Positions 10,671 to 18,922 of a DNA stretch of 64,000 nt are shown here, one piece after another. How positions within the stretch are numbered: position 1 is the first letter of the stretch; every line of letters starts with the position of its first letter. The stretch is from Acidobacteriota bacterium (GTDB taxonomy: Bacteria; Acidobacteriota; Vicinamibacteria; Vicinamibacterales; UBA8438). Made by a program: the position numbers and the translations under genes. Location of the stretch: assembly GCA_009838525.1 (NCBI GenBank), contig VXRJ01000019.1:9932-73931 (forward strand). The letters are read 5' to 3'. The notes below the pieces were generated by a model, which was given only the letters and a program-made list of their open reading frames with translations, was not told the DNA's origin and made no database searches.

Positions 10671-11486
10671 CTACTGCCGCCAGGCCTGGTAGGAACCGAG
10701 AGTGCGGAGCGAACGCGCGAACTCCGCCAGGTGCATCAGGGCGCGCGCGCACGCCATGTCCTCCCGGTCGGCGCCGACATCGGCGTAGAACAGGTACTCG
10801 AACGGCCGGTCCGGAATCGGGCGCGACTCCAGCTTGAGTAACGCGACGTCGCGCAACGCGAAGACGCTGAGCGCCTTGAAGAGCGCGCCCGGAATGTCCG
10901 CCACGGTGAAGACGATGGACGTCTTGTCGGGGTCGCCGAGCGGAGTCGGATCGCGGCTGATGATCAGGAAGCGGGTGGTGTTCCCGGCGTAGTCCTGGAT
11001 GGCGCGTTCGAGAACCGTCAGGCCAAACAGCTCCGCCGCCCGCTCGGAAGCGATCGCGGCGGTGTCGGCAAGCCCCTGCTCCTGAATTATCTTCGCGCTG
11101 CCCGCGGTGTCGTAGGTTGCGACGATCTCGGCGTCGTCGAGGGTCCGGAGAAACCGCTCGCACTGCGCCAGCCCCTGCGGGTGCGAATAGACGCGCCTGA
11201 TGTCGCGGAGGCCGGTCCCCTCCCGCACCAGCAGGTTGTGGACGATGGGGTGCTTCACCTCGGCGACGATCGGCAGCTCGTGCTCAAGCAGCAGATCGTA
11301 GTTCTGGTGGATGCTGCCGCCGATGGTGTTCTCGATCGGCAGGATGCCGTGGGTCGCCTCCCCCGCCTCGACCGCCTTGAACACGTCCCCGAACTTCGAA
11401 AGAGGCAGCGTGTCGGTATTGGGATTGAAGCGGAGCGCCGCCGCTTCGCTATAGGCGCCCGGCTCTCCCTGGTAGGCGATACGCAA
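10671..11486 (-). CDS. pheA: Prephenate dehydratase
   Basis: RIAYQGEPGAYSEAA opening, ESRP motif and a C-terminal ACT-like region. I place the start at TTG 11486 because AAGGAG lies 8 nt upstream; the track ORF extends to 11558. Confidence 0.85.
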   Translation of the reverse strand: MRIAYQGEPGAYSEAAALRFNPNTDTLPLSKFGDVFKAVEAGEATHGILPIENTIGGSIHQNYDLLLEHELPIVAEVKHPIVHNLLVREGTGLRDIRRVYSHPQGLAQCERFLRTLDDAEIVATYDTAGSAKIIQEQGLADTAAIASERAAELFGLTVLERAIQDYAGNTTRFLIISRDPTPLGDPDKTSIVFTVADIPGALFKALSVFALRDVALLKLESRPIPDRPFEYLFYADVGADREDMACARALMHLAEFARSLRTLGSYQAWRQ

Positions 11487-11537
11487 GATCTTCGCTCCTT
11501 GCGAGAAGAATACAGGAGCGCTCGCGCTCCCACGATG

Positions 11538-11593
11538 CACCGGCGTCCGCGCCGGCATCGGTTACGGTGCGCCGGCGTCCACGCCGGCATCGG
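11538..11593. repeat. Imperfect 24-nt direct repeat (22/24 identical, period 32) spanning the stop codon of the YihY gene
   Basis: caccggcgtccgcgccggcatcgg (11538-11561) and cgccggcgtccacgccggcatcgg (11570-11593). The stop TAA is at 11562-11564. Confidence 0.7.
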
Positions 11594-12446
11594 CGCGCGC
11601 CTCCCGGATCCACGCATGGGTGAACTCGGCGCCGAAGAGAAAGATGGCGGCCGACGTATAGACCCAGAACAGGAACGCCACGACCGCGGTGATGGACCCG
11701 GCCAGCGTCAACTCCGAGAGGGCGCGGAGATACCACGAGAAGCCGGCCAGTCCGGCTTGCCACAACAGCCCGGTCACTATCGCGCCGACCCACACTTCGC
11801 GCACCCGGACGGCGGTATTCGGCACGAAGGCGAAGACGAACGCCGCGATCAGGATGACGGCGGCAAGAGGCAGGTACCGGCTCGGGATCGAGAGCAGCGT
11901 CTCCAGCAACGGCAGCCCGTCGACCAGTCGCTCGCCGATCCGGCTGGCCCGCACGAGGTCGCCGAGGCTGAGCCAGACGACGGAGACGACAAACACGGTT
12001 CCGACCGCGCCAAAGAGTGCGAAGGCCACCCCGTGGTGGCGCAACAGCGAGGGTGGGCTCTCGAGATCCCAGATGCCGTTGACGGCGGTCGATATCGCAC
12101 GGAAAATGCCCGCCGCCACCCAGATGGTGACAATCACGCTCACGACGCTCATGCCGATGGTCGCCCCGGCGACGGCATCGAGTTGGGTCCGCACCAGGTC
12201 GATCTGGGCCGGAAAGAACTGAATCAGGAACCGTGAGACGTCCGCGCGCGCCGCTTCATCCGTCGTCCACCGGCCGAGGGCGGCGGCCGACAGCAGCAGC
12301 AGCGGGAAGAGGGAAATCAGCGCGTAGTAGGCAATGGACGAGGCATAGGTGAGGTCGTTGCCGGAAACCAGGCGGATTGCCGCCACCCGGAAGGCGCGCG
12401 CGAAGCGGCGTACCCTCCGCGCCACCCCCGCGCTACTGAACCACAC
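11562..12446 (-). CDS. YihY/BrkB family inner-membrane protein
   Basis: 294 aa. DLTYASSIAYYALISLFPLLLL motif and multiple TM segments. Confidence 0.85.
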   Translation of the reverse strand: MWFSSAGVARRVRRFARAFRVAAIRLVSGNDLTYASSIAYYALISLFPLLLLSAAALGRWTTDEAARADVSRFLIQFFPAQIDLVRTQLDAVAGATIGMSVVSVIVTIWVAAGIFRAISTAVNGIWDLESPPSLLRHHGVAFALFGAVGTVFVVSVVWLSLGDLVRASRIGERLVDGLPLLETLLSIPSRYLPLAAVILIAAFVFAFVPNTAVRVREVWVGAIVTGLLWQAGLAGFSWYLRALSELTLAGSITAVVAFLFWVYTSAAIFLFGAEFTHAWIREARADAGVDAGAP

Positions 12447-12741
12447 CAGCCGGGGGCCGTTCGATCCCGGCGGGTTCCCCGGACGCCGGCTCGGGCGCCC
12501 GTGCGGCGGCCATCATGTCGTCGAAGGCGCGGCGTCCTTCCGCTACCGCGTCGCGCGCCTTCTCGACCGTGGCGCGAGCCCAGTTGATCTCGTCGACGAA
12601 GCTGTCGAGCGCCGGTTCCATCTGCTCCCGCACGTCGCGGCCGCGCCGCGTCAGGTACAGGAAGCCGACCAGTCCGCCGGCCACCGCGCCGAGTGCAACC
12701 GAAAGCAGTACCCGCGAGCGTTCATCCACGTTTGCCTCCAA
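12433..12741 (-). CDS. YtxH-like small membrane-anchored protein
   Basis: 102 aa with a TTG start. One TM (VLLSVALGAVAGGLVGFLYL) followed by a charged helical region. Overlaps the downstream gene by 14 nt. Confidence 0.6.
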   Translation of the reverse strand: MEANVDERSRVLLSVALGAVAGGLVGFLYLTRRGRDVREQMEPALDSFVDEINWARATVEKARDAVAEGRRAFDDMMAAARAPEPASGEPAGIERPPAGVVQ

Positions 12742-12752
12742 TGTCCTTACGC

Positions 12753-12758
12753 ATGATA
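12753..12758 (-). promoter_or_regulatory. -10-like hexamer TATCAT, 11 nt upstream of TTG 12741
   Basis: Minus strand reads caggTATCATgcgtaaggacaTTG. Confidence 0.25.
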
Positions 12759-12794
12759 CCTGTTGCGGCCGGTCGCGCCGTGTCGGAACGCGCG

Positions 12795-13334
12795 TCAGAA
12801 CCGAATGGCCAGTCCGACCGAGGTCTTCCAGAACTGCAACTCGGTAAGCTCAAAGTCGCGCAGGCCACCGCCGGTCGAGAGGCCGCGGACATAGCGGATA
12901 TCGAACCGCGCGCCCACGGGACCGATGAACCCCATCACGCCGCCTCCGGCGTTGAACGCGACACCGTCCGTCTGCTGATCGGGCGACTCCGCCCGCAACC
13001 AGCCGACGCCACCCGCGACATAAGGGCGCCCCGGACCCAACGGCAGGCCGAGCATCAGGTTCCCGAAGACGGTGGTGACACGTCCCTGGCCGGCGAACAC
13101 CCCGGTATCGGGCGCATCGGCAATTCGAGCGTAGTCGGTTTCGAAACCGATGATGCCGCCCGCCATCGCTGCGACGGAGATGCCGAGCGTCTCCGCCTGG
13201 ACCTGATCGTCCGATCCCGCCGACCGCCCCACGTAGGGCGTGAAGATGGTGTCGGCATGGACCGCGGCCGCCGGAACCAGCGTCCACGCCAGCAGGACGA
13301 CAGTCCCTACGGCAAACCGAGTGCGACGGCGCAC
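12795..13334 (-). CDS. Outer-membrane beta-barrel protein (OmpA-like/OmpW-like small porin family)
   Basis: 179 aa with signal peptide. Alternating beta-strand pattern and C-terminal ...VGLAIRF ending in Phe. Confidence 0.75.
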   Translation of the reverse strand: MRRRTRFAVGTVVLLAWTLVPAAAVHADTIFTPYVGRSAGSDDQVQAETLGISVAAMAGGIIGFETDYARIADAPDTGVFAGQGRVTTVFGNLMLGLPLGPGRPYVAGGVGWLRAESPDQQTDGVAFNAGGGVMGFIGPVGARFDIRYVRGLSTGGGLRDFELTELQFWKTSVGLAIRF

Positions 13335-13381
13335 GTAAAGAGCCTACCGCATGTCGGACTTAGGCGGCTCCGAGCGGCCGG

Positions 13382-13387
13382 TATAAT
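13382..13387 (+). promoter_or_regulatory. Perfect TATAAT -10 box, 6 nt upstream of GTG 13394
   Basis: ccggTATAATcgacgtGTGccg. Confidence 0.4.
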
Positions 13388-13393
13388 CGACGT

Positions 13394-13615
13394 GTGCCGG
13401 GTCCGCCGAAGCTCGCGCAGCCTTCCGCCCCCGTAACACCCGCCGTCGATCCGGCGCGTCCCGGCCGGCAGGTCACGCCAATCCGTTCCGTGGCGCGCTC
13501 GGCGCCGTCCGACGACGCGGTGATCTGCGAGCGGTGCGGCGCGGAGATGTTCCGGATGCACGCGGTCTGGCGCTGCCCCAACTGCCGGTACAAGACCGAC
13601 TGCTGCGGCTGGTGA
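13394..13615 (+). CDS. Small zinc-ribbon protein (CxxC-x12-CxxC), start uncertain
   Basis: 73-aa ORF. The C-terminal 35 aa read [30 protein letters not shown]. Its stop TGA shares one nucleotide with the ATG of the next gene (tgATG). The Pro-rich N-terminal half may not be translated. Confidence 0.5.
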   Translation: MPGPPKLAQPSAPVTPAVDPARPGRQVTPIRSVARSAPSDDAVICERCGAEMFRMHAVWRCPNCRYKTDCCGW

Positions 13616-15303
13616 TGGACCGGCTGCGCTCTTCCATCCGGACCGAATCGGACGACTACCGCGCGAACCATGCGGCGATGTCGGCGCTGGTGCGCCAACT
13701 GGAAGAACGCCGCGCCGCGGCGCGGGCGGGCGGCGGCGACGACGCGACGACGCGGCAGCGGGGGCAGGGCAAACGGACGGCGCGCGAGCGGATCGATCGG
13801 CTCCTCGACGACTCCTCGCCGTTTCTGGAACTCTCGCCGCTCGCCGCCGGCGGGATGTATGACGGCGCGGCCCCCGGCGCCGGGCTCGTCACCGGCATCG
13901 GGCGGGTTGCCGGACGCGAGGTGCTCGTCATCGCGAACGACGCGACCGTCAAGGGGGGCACCTATTTCCCGATCACCGTCCGCAAGCACCTGCGCGCACA
14001 GCAGGTTGCGGCGGAAAACCGGCTGCCCTGCATCTATCTGGTGGACTCGGGCGGCGCCTACCTTCCGCTGCAGGCCGAGGTCTTTCCCGACCGGGAGCAT
14101 TTCGGCCGGATCTTCTACAACCAGGCCCGGATGTCGGCCGCCGGAATCGCCCAGATCGCGGTCGTCATGGGTTCGTGCACGGCCGGCGGCGCTTACGTCC
14201 CGGCCATGTCGGATCAGACGATCATCGTGCGGAACGCGGGGACCATCTTCCTCGGCGGCCCGCCCCTCGTGAAGGCGGCGACCGGCGAGGAAGTGACGGC
14301 GGAGGAGTTGGGCGGTGCCGATGTCCATACGCGGATCTCCGGCGTCGCCGACTACCTCGCGGAGGACGACGATCACGCGCTCCGGCTCGCCCGCACTGTG
14401 GTGTCAACGCTGCCGGACGGACCCGGCGACGCGCCGTCGGCGGGGTTGGCGGCGGGAAGCGCCGGCGAGCCGGCGGACACGCCGGCTCATGGCGCGTCGC
14501 CGTGGGATCCGTCGGCGACCGACGCGCCGCCGGAAGATCCCGCCTACGACCCCGACGAGCTGCTCGGCGTCACGCCTCCCGACGCCCGAACCGCGTACGA
14601 CGTGCGCGAGGTGATCGCACGCCTGGTGGACGGCTCCCGGTTCGACGAGTTCAAGGCGCGCTACGGTCCGACGCTGGTGACCGGCCATGCGCGCATCCAC
14701 GGCCAGCTCGCGGGGATCGTCGCGAACAACGGCGTGCTGTTCTCCGAATCGGCCCTCAAGGCAACCCATTTCATTCAGCTCTGCAACCGGCGCGGCACGC
14801 CGCTTGTGTTCCTGCAGAACATCACCGGTTTCATCGTCGGCCGCGACTACGAGCAGCGCGGCATCGCCAAGGATGGCGCGAAAATGGTGAACGCGGTAGC
14901 GAACAGCGTCGTGCCGAAGCTGACCGTCATCATCGGCGGCTCGTTCGGCGCCGGCAACTACGGAATGTGCGGCCGCGCCTACGATCCGCGCTTCCTCTGG
15001 AGCTGGCCGAACGCGCGGATCTCGGTGATGGGAGGCGAGCAGGCGGCCAACGTCCTCGCGACAGTCGCCGCCGATCGCGCCCGACGCGAGGGGCGCGACC
15101 TGGGCGAGGCGGCGATCGAGGCGATTCGCGCCCCGATCCTCGCCAAGTACGCCGAGGAAAGCTCTCCCTACTACGCGACCGCGAGGCTCTGGGACGACGG
15201 CATCCTCACGCCTCCCGAGACGCGCGCCGCCCTCGCCCTCGGTCTCGCCGTCGCGCGACGCGTGCCGGGCGGACCACCAGCCTACGGCGTCTTCCGGATG
15301 TAG
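13615..15303 (+). CDS. Acyl-CoA carboxylase carboxyltransferase (beta) subunit, methylcrotonoyl/propionyl-CoA type
   Basis: Internal ATG ([19 protein letters not shown]...) of track ORF 13534..15303. Conserved carboxyltransferase blocks: [52 protein letters not shown]. Confidence 0.9.
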   Translation: MDRLRSSIRTESDDYRANHAAMSALVRQLEERRAAARAGGGDDATTRQRGQGKRTARERIDRLLDDSSPFLELSPLAAGGMYDGAAPGAGLVTGIGRVAGREVLVIANDATVKGGTYFPITVRKHLRAQQVAAENRLPCIYLVDSGGAYLPLQAEVFPDREHFGRIFYNQARMSAAGIAQIAVVMGSCTAGGAYVPAMSDQTIIVRNAGTIFLGGPPLVKAATGEEVTAEELGGADVHTRISGVADYLAEDDDHALRLARTVVSTLPDGPGDAPSAGLAAGSAGEPADTPAHGASPWDPSATDAPPEDPAYDPDELLGVTPPDARTAYDVREVIARLVDGSRFDEFKARYGPTLVTGHARIHGQLAGIVANNGVLFSESALKATHFIQLCNRRGTPLVFLQNITGFIVGRDYEQRGIAKDGAKMVNAVANSVVPKLTVIIGGSFGAGNYGMCGRAYDPRFLWSWPNARISVMGGEQAANVLATVAADRARREGRDLGEAAIEAIRAPILAKYAEESSPYYATARLWDDGILTPPETRAALALGLAVARRVPGGPPAYGVFRM

Positions 15304-15306
15304 GCG

Positions 15307-17148
15307 ATGCTCCGGCGTGTCCTGATCGCCAACCGCGGCGAGATCGCCGTCCGCATCATCCGCACCTGCCGCGCCCTCGGCATCGAGACGGTGGCGGTTT
15401 GTTCGGACGCAGACCGGAACGCACCGCATGTCGGTGCGGCCGACCGGGCGGTGACGATCGGCCCGGCGCCCGCCGGCGCCAGCTACCTGTCGGTGGAGCG
15501 GATCATCGATGCGGCACGGGCGAGCGGCGCCGACGCCATCCACCCCGGCTATGGGTTCCTCTCCGAACGCCCGGAGCTGGCGAGCGCGTGCAGCGACGCG
15601 GGACTGGTCTGGGTCGGTCCGCCGGCCGGTGTAGTCGCGCGGTTCGGCTCGAAGATCGAGGCGCGGCAGGCGGCGGAGCAAGCAGGCGTGCCGGTCGTGC
15701 CGGGCAGCGCTCCGGACGATCAGACGCCCGCCGGAATCACCGCCGCCGCCCGCGCGGTCGGCGTGCCCGTGCTCCTGAAGCCGTCGGCCGGGGGCGGCGG
15801 CAAGGGAATGGTGGTGGTTGATGCCGCCGATCAACTGGCCGAGTCGATCGCGCGGGCGCGGCGCGAAGCGGTCGCGACCACCGGCGACGGCACCCTCTAC
15901 GTCGAGCGGCGGCTGGAGCGGCCGCGGCACGTCGAGGTCCAGATCGTTGCGGATCGCGGTGGCCGCGTGGTGACCCTAGGTGAACGCGACTGCTCGCTGC
16001 AACGCCGGCACCAGAAGGTGATCGAAGAGACGCCGGCGCCCGGTCTGACGGACTCCTTGCGCCGGCGCCTGGCGGCGGCGGCAGCCGACCTGGCGCGTCA
16101 TGCGCGCTACGAGAACGCGGGCACCGTCGAGTTCCTGGTGGAGCGTGGCGGTAGCGAAGACGCGGACGGCCGGTTCTACTTTCTCGAGATGAACACGCGA
16201 CTGCAGGTGGAGCATCCGGTGACCGAGATGGTGGCCGGAATCGATCTGGTGGCGGCGCAGCTCGCGATTGCCGCCGGTGATGCCCTGCCGTGGTCCGCGA
16301 GCGAGGTGGCCCCGCGGGGCCACGCGATGGAATGCCGCATCTACGCGGAAGATCCCGCGCGCGGGTTCCTTCCCCAGGCCGGCCGGATCGACCGCTACAT
16401 GGAGCCGTCCGGACCCGGCGTTCGCGTCGACTCGGGCGTAGGTGCGGGGAGCGACGTTCCCGTGCACTACGACCCGTTGCTCGCCAAACTGATCACCGCC
16501 GGCCGGACGCGGGACGAGGCACGGCGCCGCGCCCAGGCGGCGCTCGGCGAATTCGTGCTGACCGGAATCACGACGAACATCCCGTTCCTGCGCGCGGCGC
16601 TCGCGCACCCCGCGTTCGAGGCCGGAGACGTCCAGACGAGCTTCCTTCAGGACCACGCCGAAGCGCTGGCGACGGCAGCGGCAGAGCTGGCCGGTGAGGC
16701 CGATAAGGTCGAGACCCTCGCGGAACGGGAGCGGGCTGCGGACCGGGCGACCGGACCGCGCGGCGGCGAAGACGTCTGGAGCCGCCTCGCCGGGTGGCGC
16801 CTGGGTGGCGGCGGAACCGGTGGCAGTAGCGGCGTAGCTGGCGCCGGTGGCGGCGCCGGCCGAGTCGGCCCGCCCCCCGCGGATGCGCTCGACGGGACGT
16901 CAGGTGATTCGGCGCCGCGACCGGACGAGGATGCGCTCTGTGCGCCGATGCCCGCGACGGTGACCGCCGTCGCAATCGCGCCGGGCGATACGGTAACGGC
17001 CGGCGACGCGCTGATCCGGCTCGAGGCGATGAAGATGGAGCTGGCGATCCGCGCACCGACTGGCGGGCACGTCACCGCCGTCCACTGCGCGGTCGGCGAT
17101 CTGGTGCAGCCGGGCCGCCCGCTCGTGACGCTGGATCGGGTAGAATGA
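15307..17148 (+). CDS. Acyl-CoA carboxylase alpha subunit (biotin carboxylase + biotinyl carrier domain)
   Basis: 613 aa. LIANRGEIAVRIIRTCR ATP-grasp core and a C-terminal biotinyl-lysine motif EAMKME. Confidence 0.9.
   Translation: MLRRVLIANRGEIAVRIIRTCRALGIETVAVCSDADRNAPHVGAADRAVTIGPAPAGASYLSVERIIDAARASGADAIHPGYGFLSERPELASACSDAGLVWVGPPAGVVARFGSKIEARQAAEQAGVPVVPGSAPDDQTPAGITAAARAVGVPVLLKPSAGGGGKGMVVVDAADQLAESIARARREAVATTGDGTLYVERRLERPRHVEVQIVADRGGRVVTLGERDCSLQRRHQKVIEETPAPGLTDSLRRRLAAAAADLARHARYENAGTVEFLVERGGSEDADGRFYFLEMNTRLQVEHPVTEMVAGIDLVAAQLAIAAGDALPWSASEVAPRGHAMECRIYAEDPARGFLPQAGRIDRYMEPSGPGVRVDSGVGAGSDVPVHYDPLLAKLITAGRTRDEARRRAQAALGEFVLTGITTNIPFLRAALAHPAFEAGDVQTSFLQDHAEALATAAAELAGEADKVETLAERERAADRATGPRGGEDVWSRLAGWRLGGGGTGGSSGVAGAGGGAGRVGPPPADALDGTSGDSAPRPDEDALCAPMPATVTAVAIAPGDTVTAGDALIRLEAMKMELAIRAPTGGHVTAVHCAVGDLVQPGRPLVTLDRVE
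17141..17146 (+). promoter_or_regulatory. -10-like hexamer TAGAAT, 9 nt upstream of ATG 17156 (overlaps the stop of the upstream gene)
   Basis: gggTAGAATgacgccgtcATG. Confidence 0.2.
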
Positions 17149-17155
17149 CGCCGTC

Positions 17156-17521
17156 ATGTGGACCAAGATGATGAACCGGCCTCGCAAGAGGCCGCCGAAG
17201 AAGATCGCCGTCATCGACCCGGAGCGGTGCTTCGGGGCGTTCGCCTGCTCCATCTGCCAGGCCGCCTGCCCGGTGGAGGACTGCATCATCGAGGTGCCCG
17301 ACGCCTACGGGCGAATGGTCTGCGACGTGCGGCTCGACAAGTGCATCGGTTGCGGTCTGTGCGTGACCGTCGGCAACCCGACCGCGCCGCAGCCGCGTGA
17401 CTTCGGCTGCCCGCCGGACTACGACGCGATCGACATGCACGCCTACGACGAGGTGGTTCCCCCGGAGCCGGAGGAGCCGGCCGAGGGCGACGCCCCGGCC
17501 GCGGGCGGCGCGACCGCATAG
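17156..17521 (+). CDS. 4Fe-4S dicluster ferredoxin-like protein with atypical Cys spacing
   Basis: 121 aa. C-x5-C-x2-C-x3-CP (CFGAFACSICQAACP) and CIGCGLC...CP. Basic N-terminus and acidic Pro-rich tail. Confidence 0.75.
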   Translation: MWTKMMNRPRKRPPKKIAVIDPERCFGAFACSICQAACPVEDCIIEVPDAYGRMVCDVRLDKCIGCGLCVTVGNPTAPQPRDFGCPPDYDAIDMHAYDEVVPPEPEEPAEGDAPAAGGATA

Positions 17522-17574
17522 GCGCGTTCCCTCGACGGCGGCGACGCGTCTCTCGCCAGGTTCCGGTTACCCGT

Positions 17575-18897
17575 CTACGTGGACCGTCCTCGCGCGGCGA
17601 TCGGCCAGATCGCCTCGACCCGTCCGTTCCTGACCGCGTACATCTGGTCGTACAGATTCACCACCGGATCGCAGTGCGACACGATCAACTCCAGCTTCTC
17701 CCCCGCCCGGTAGCTGCGGCTGGCGTCGTCCTCGTAGCGGATCGTGCCGAACTCGTCGGAACCGGAGGTGTAGCTCATGCCGGTCTCACCCTTGACGATG
17801 GCCCAGGGCCGATTGATCGTGCAGGCCTTCGCCCCCGCGTCCGTTGTCGCCCGCCCCTCGTACTGCGCGTTGACGACCGTCGCCAGAATCGTCAGGGCGG
17901 GTTGGAAGTCGCTGTACACCTCCGGGTCGTCCGCGCCGCCGATCCCGATGTACTGGGCGTCCATGAAGACGTAGCTGCCCACCTGGACGTCGGTGAGCCC
18001 GGGTGTCTGGTGATCGATGTTGTACGTCCCGGTCCCCCCTCCGCTGAAGATCTCGGTATTGAGCCCGGACCGGTCCATCTGCCCGCGCGTGTCCGCCGCC
18101 GCCGCAAGCCGCTCGAGCGTCTGGGCCTGCCGTGCGTCGAAGCCCTTCACATGCTGCGATCCCCCGTCGTAGCAGAGGATCCCGCGAAGCCGCAGGTTGG
18201 GCAGGCGGTCGACCAGTTGCGCGAGTTCCAGCGCCGGCGCCCCGGGCGTGATGCCGGTCCGGTGGCCACCCGGATCGACGTCGACGACGACGTCCGCCTC
18301 GATGCCCAGCGCGGCCGCCGCCTCCGAGAGGTCGCGCGCGTTGTCCGCCGTGTCAGTGGCCTGAATGAACGTCGGGCACTGCTGGCGCAGATGCATCGCC
18401 CGGTTGATCTTGAACGGCGTGACGTTGATCGTCGTCATCAGGATCTCTTCGATGCCGTGATCGAAGAGCGCCTGCGCTTCTCCCACCTTGGCAACGCAGA
18501 TCCCGACCGAGCCGGTCTCGAGCTGCCGCCGCGCAATCGCCGGCGTCTTGTGCGTCTTCGCGTGCGGCCGGCTGGCGATGCCGTTCGCCCGGACCGTGCG
18601 CTGCATCTGTGCGATATTCGCCTCCATCGCGTCGAGATCGACGACGAGGGCCGGCGTGTCGACTTCCTCGACCGCGACGCCCAGGTCGTGCGGCGCCCCC
18701 AGCTCGGCCGCTGCCGCCGCCAATCCGGCCATCTCGGCCGCGGTGTAACCCTTCACGGGTGATGGAATCCAGACCGCGGCGGCGCCCGCCCCGGCGGCGG
18801 ACGCCTGCAGGAAGCGACGCCGGGAGAGGGACGACGGCTGGGGTGACGACGGCATCGGGGCGGCAGCTTGTGCAGTCATGGAGGTGTTGTACCCCAA
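17575..18897 (-). CDS. PLP-dependent D-serine dehydratase-like / D-threonine aldolase-like (DSD1 family, alanine racemase N-domain) enzyme with Tat signal
   Basis: 440 aa. SRRRFLQASAAGAGAAAVW twin-arginine motif. TPALVVDLDAMEANIAQM...RPHAKTHKTPAIARRQL contains the PLP-Lys block. Confidence 0.8.
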   Translation of the reverse strand: MGYNTSMTAQAAAPMPSSPQPSSLSRRRFLQASAAGAGAAAVWIPSPVKGYTAAEMAGLAAAAAELGAPHDLGVAVEEVDTPALVVDLDAMEANIAQMQRTVRANGIASRPHAKTHKTPAIARRQLETGSVGICVAKVGEAQALFDHGIEEILMTTINVTPFKINRAMHLRQQCPTFIQATDTADNARDLSEAAAALGIEADVVVDVDPGGHRTGITPGAPALELAQLVDRLPNLRLRGILCYDGGSQHVKGFDARQAQTLERLAAAADTRGQMDRSGLNTEIFSGGGTGTYNIDHQTPGLTDVQVGSYVFMDAQYIGIGGADDPEVYSDFQPALTILATVVNAQYEGRATTDAGAKACTINRPWAIVKGETGMSYTSGSDEFGTIRYEDDASRSYRAGEKLELIVSHCDPVVNLYDQMYAVRNGRVEAIWPIAARGRST

Positions 18898-18922
18898 GTC
18901 GCCCCGGTTCGCCAGCCCGCGC

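Noticed and set aside
10643-10674. Imperfect GC hairpin between the convergent TetR and pheA genes, as a bidirectional terminator.
   Set aside because: The stem has a bulge, overlaps the pheA stop codon and lacks a U-tract on either strand. That is too weak to call.
14175-15930. 548-aa plus-strand ORF (14175-15821) and 508-aa minus-strand ORF (14404-15930) across the carboxylase genes.
   Set aside because: They are out-of-frame or antisense to two strongly conserved carboxylase subunits. Their composition is extremely Arg/Gly/Pro-rich.
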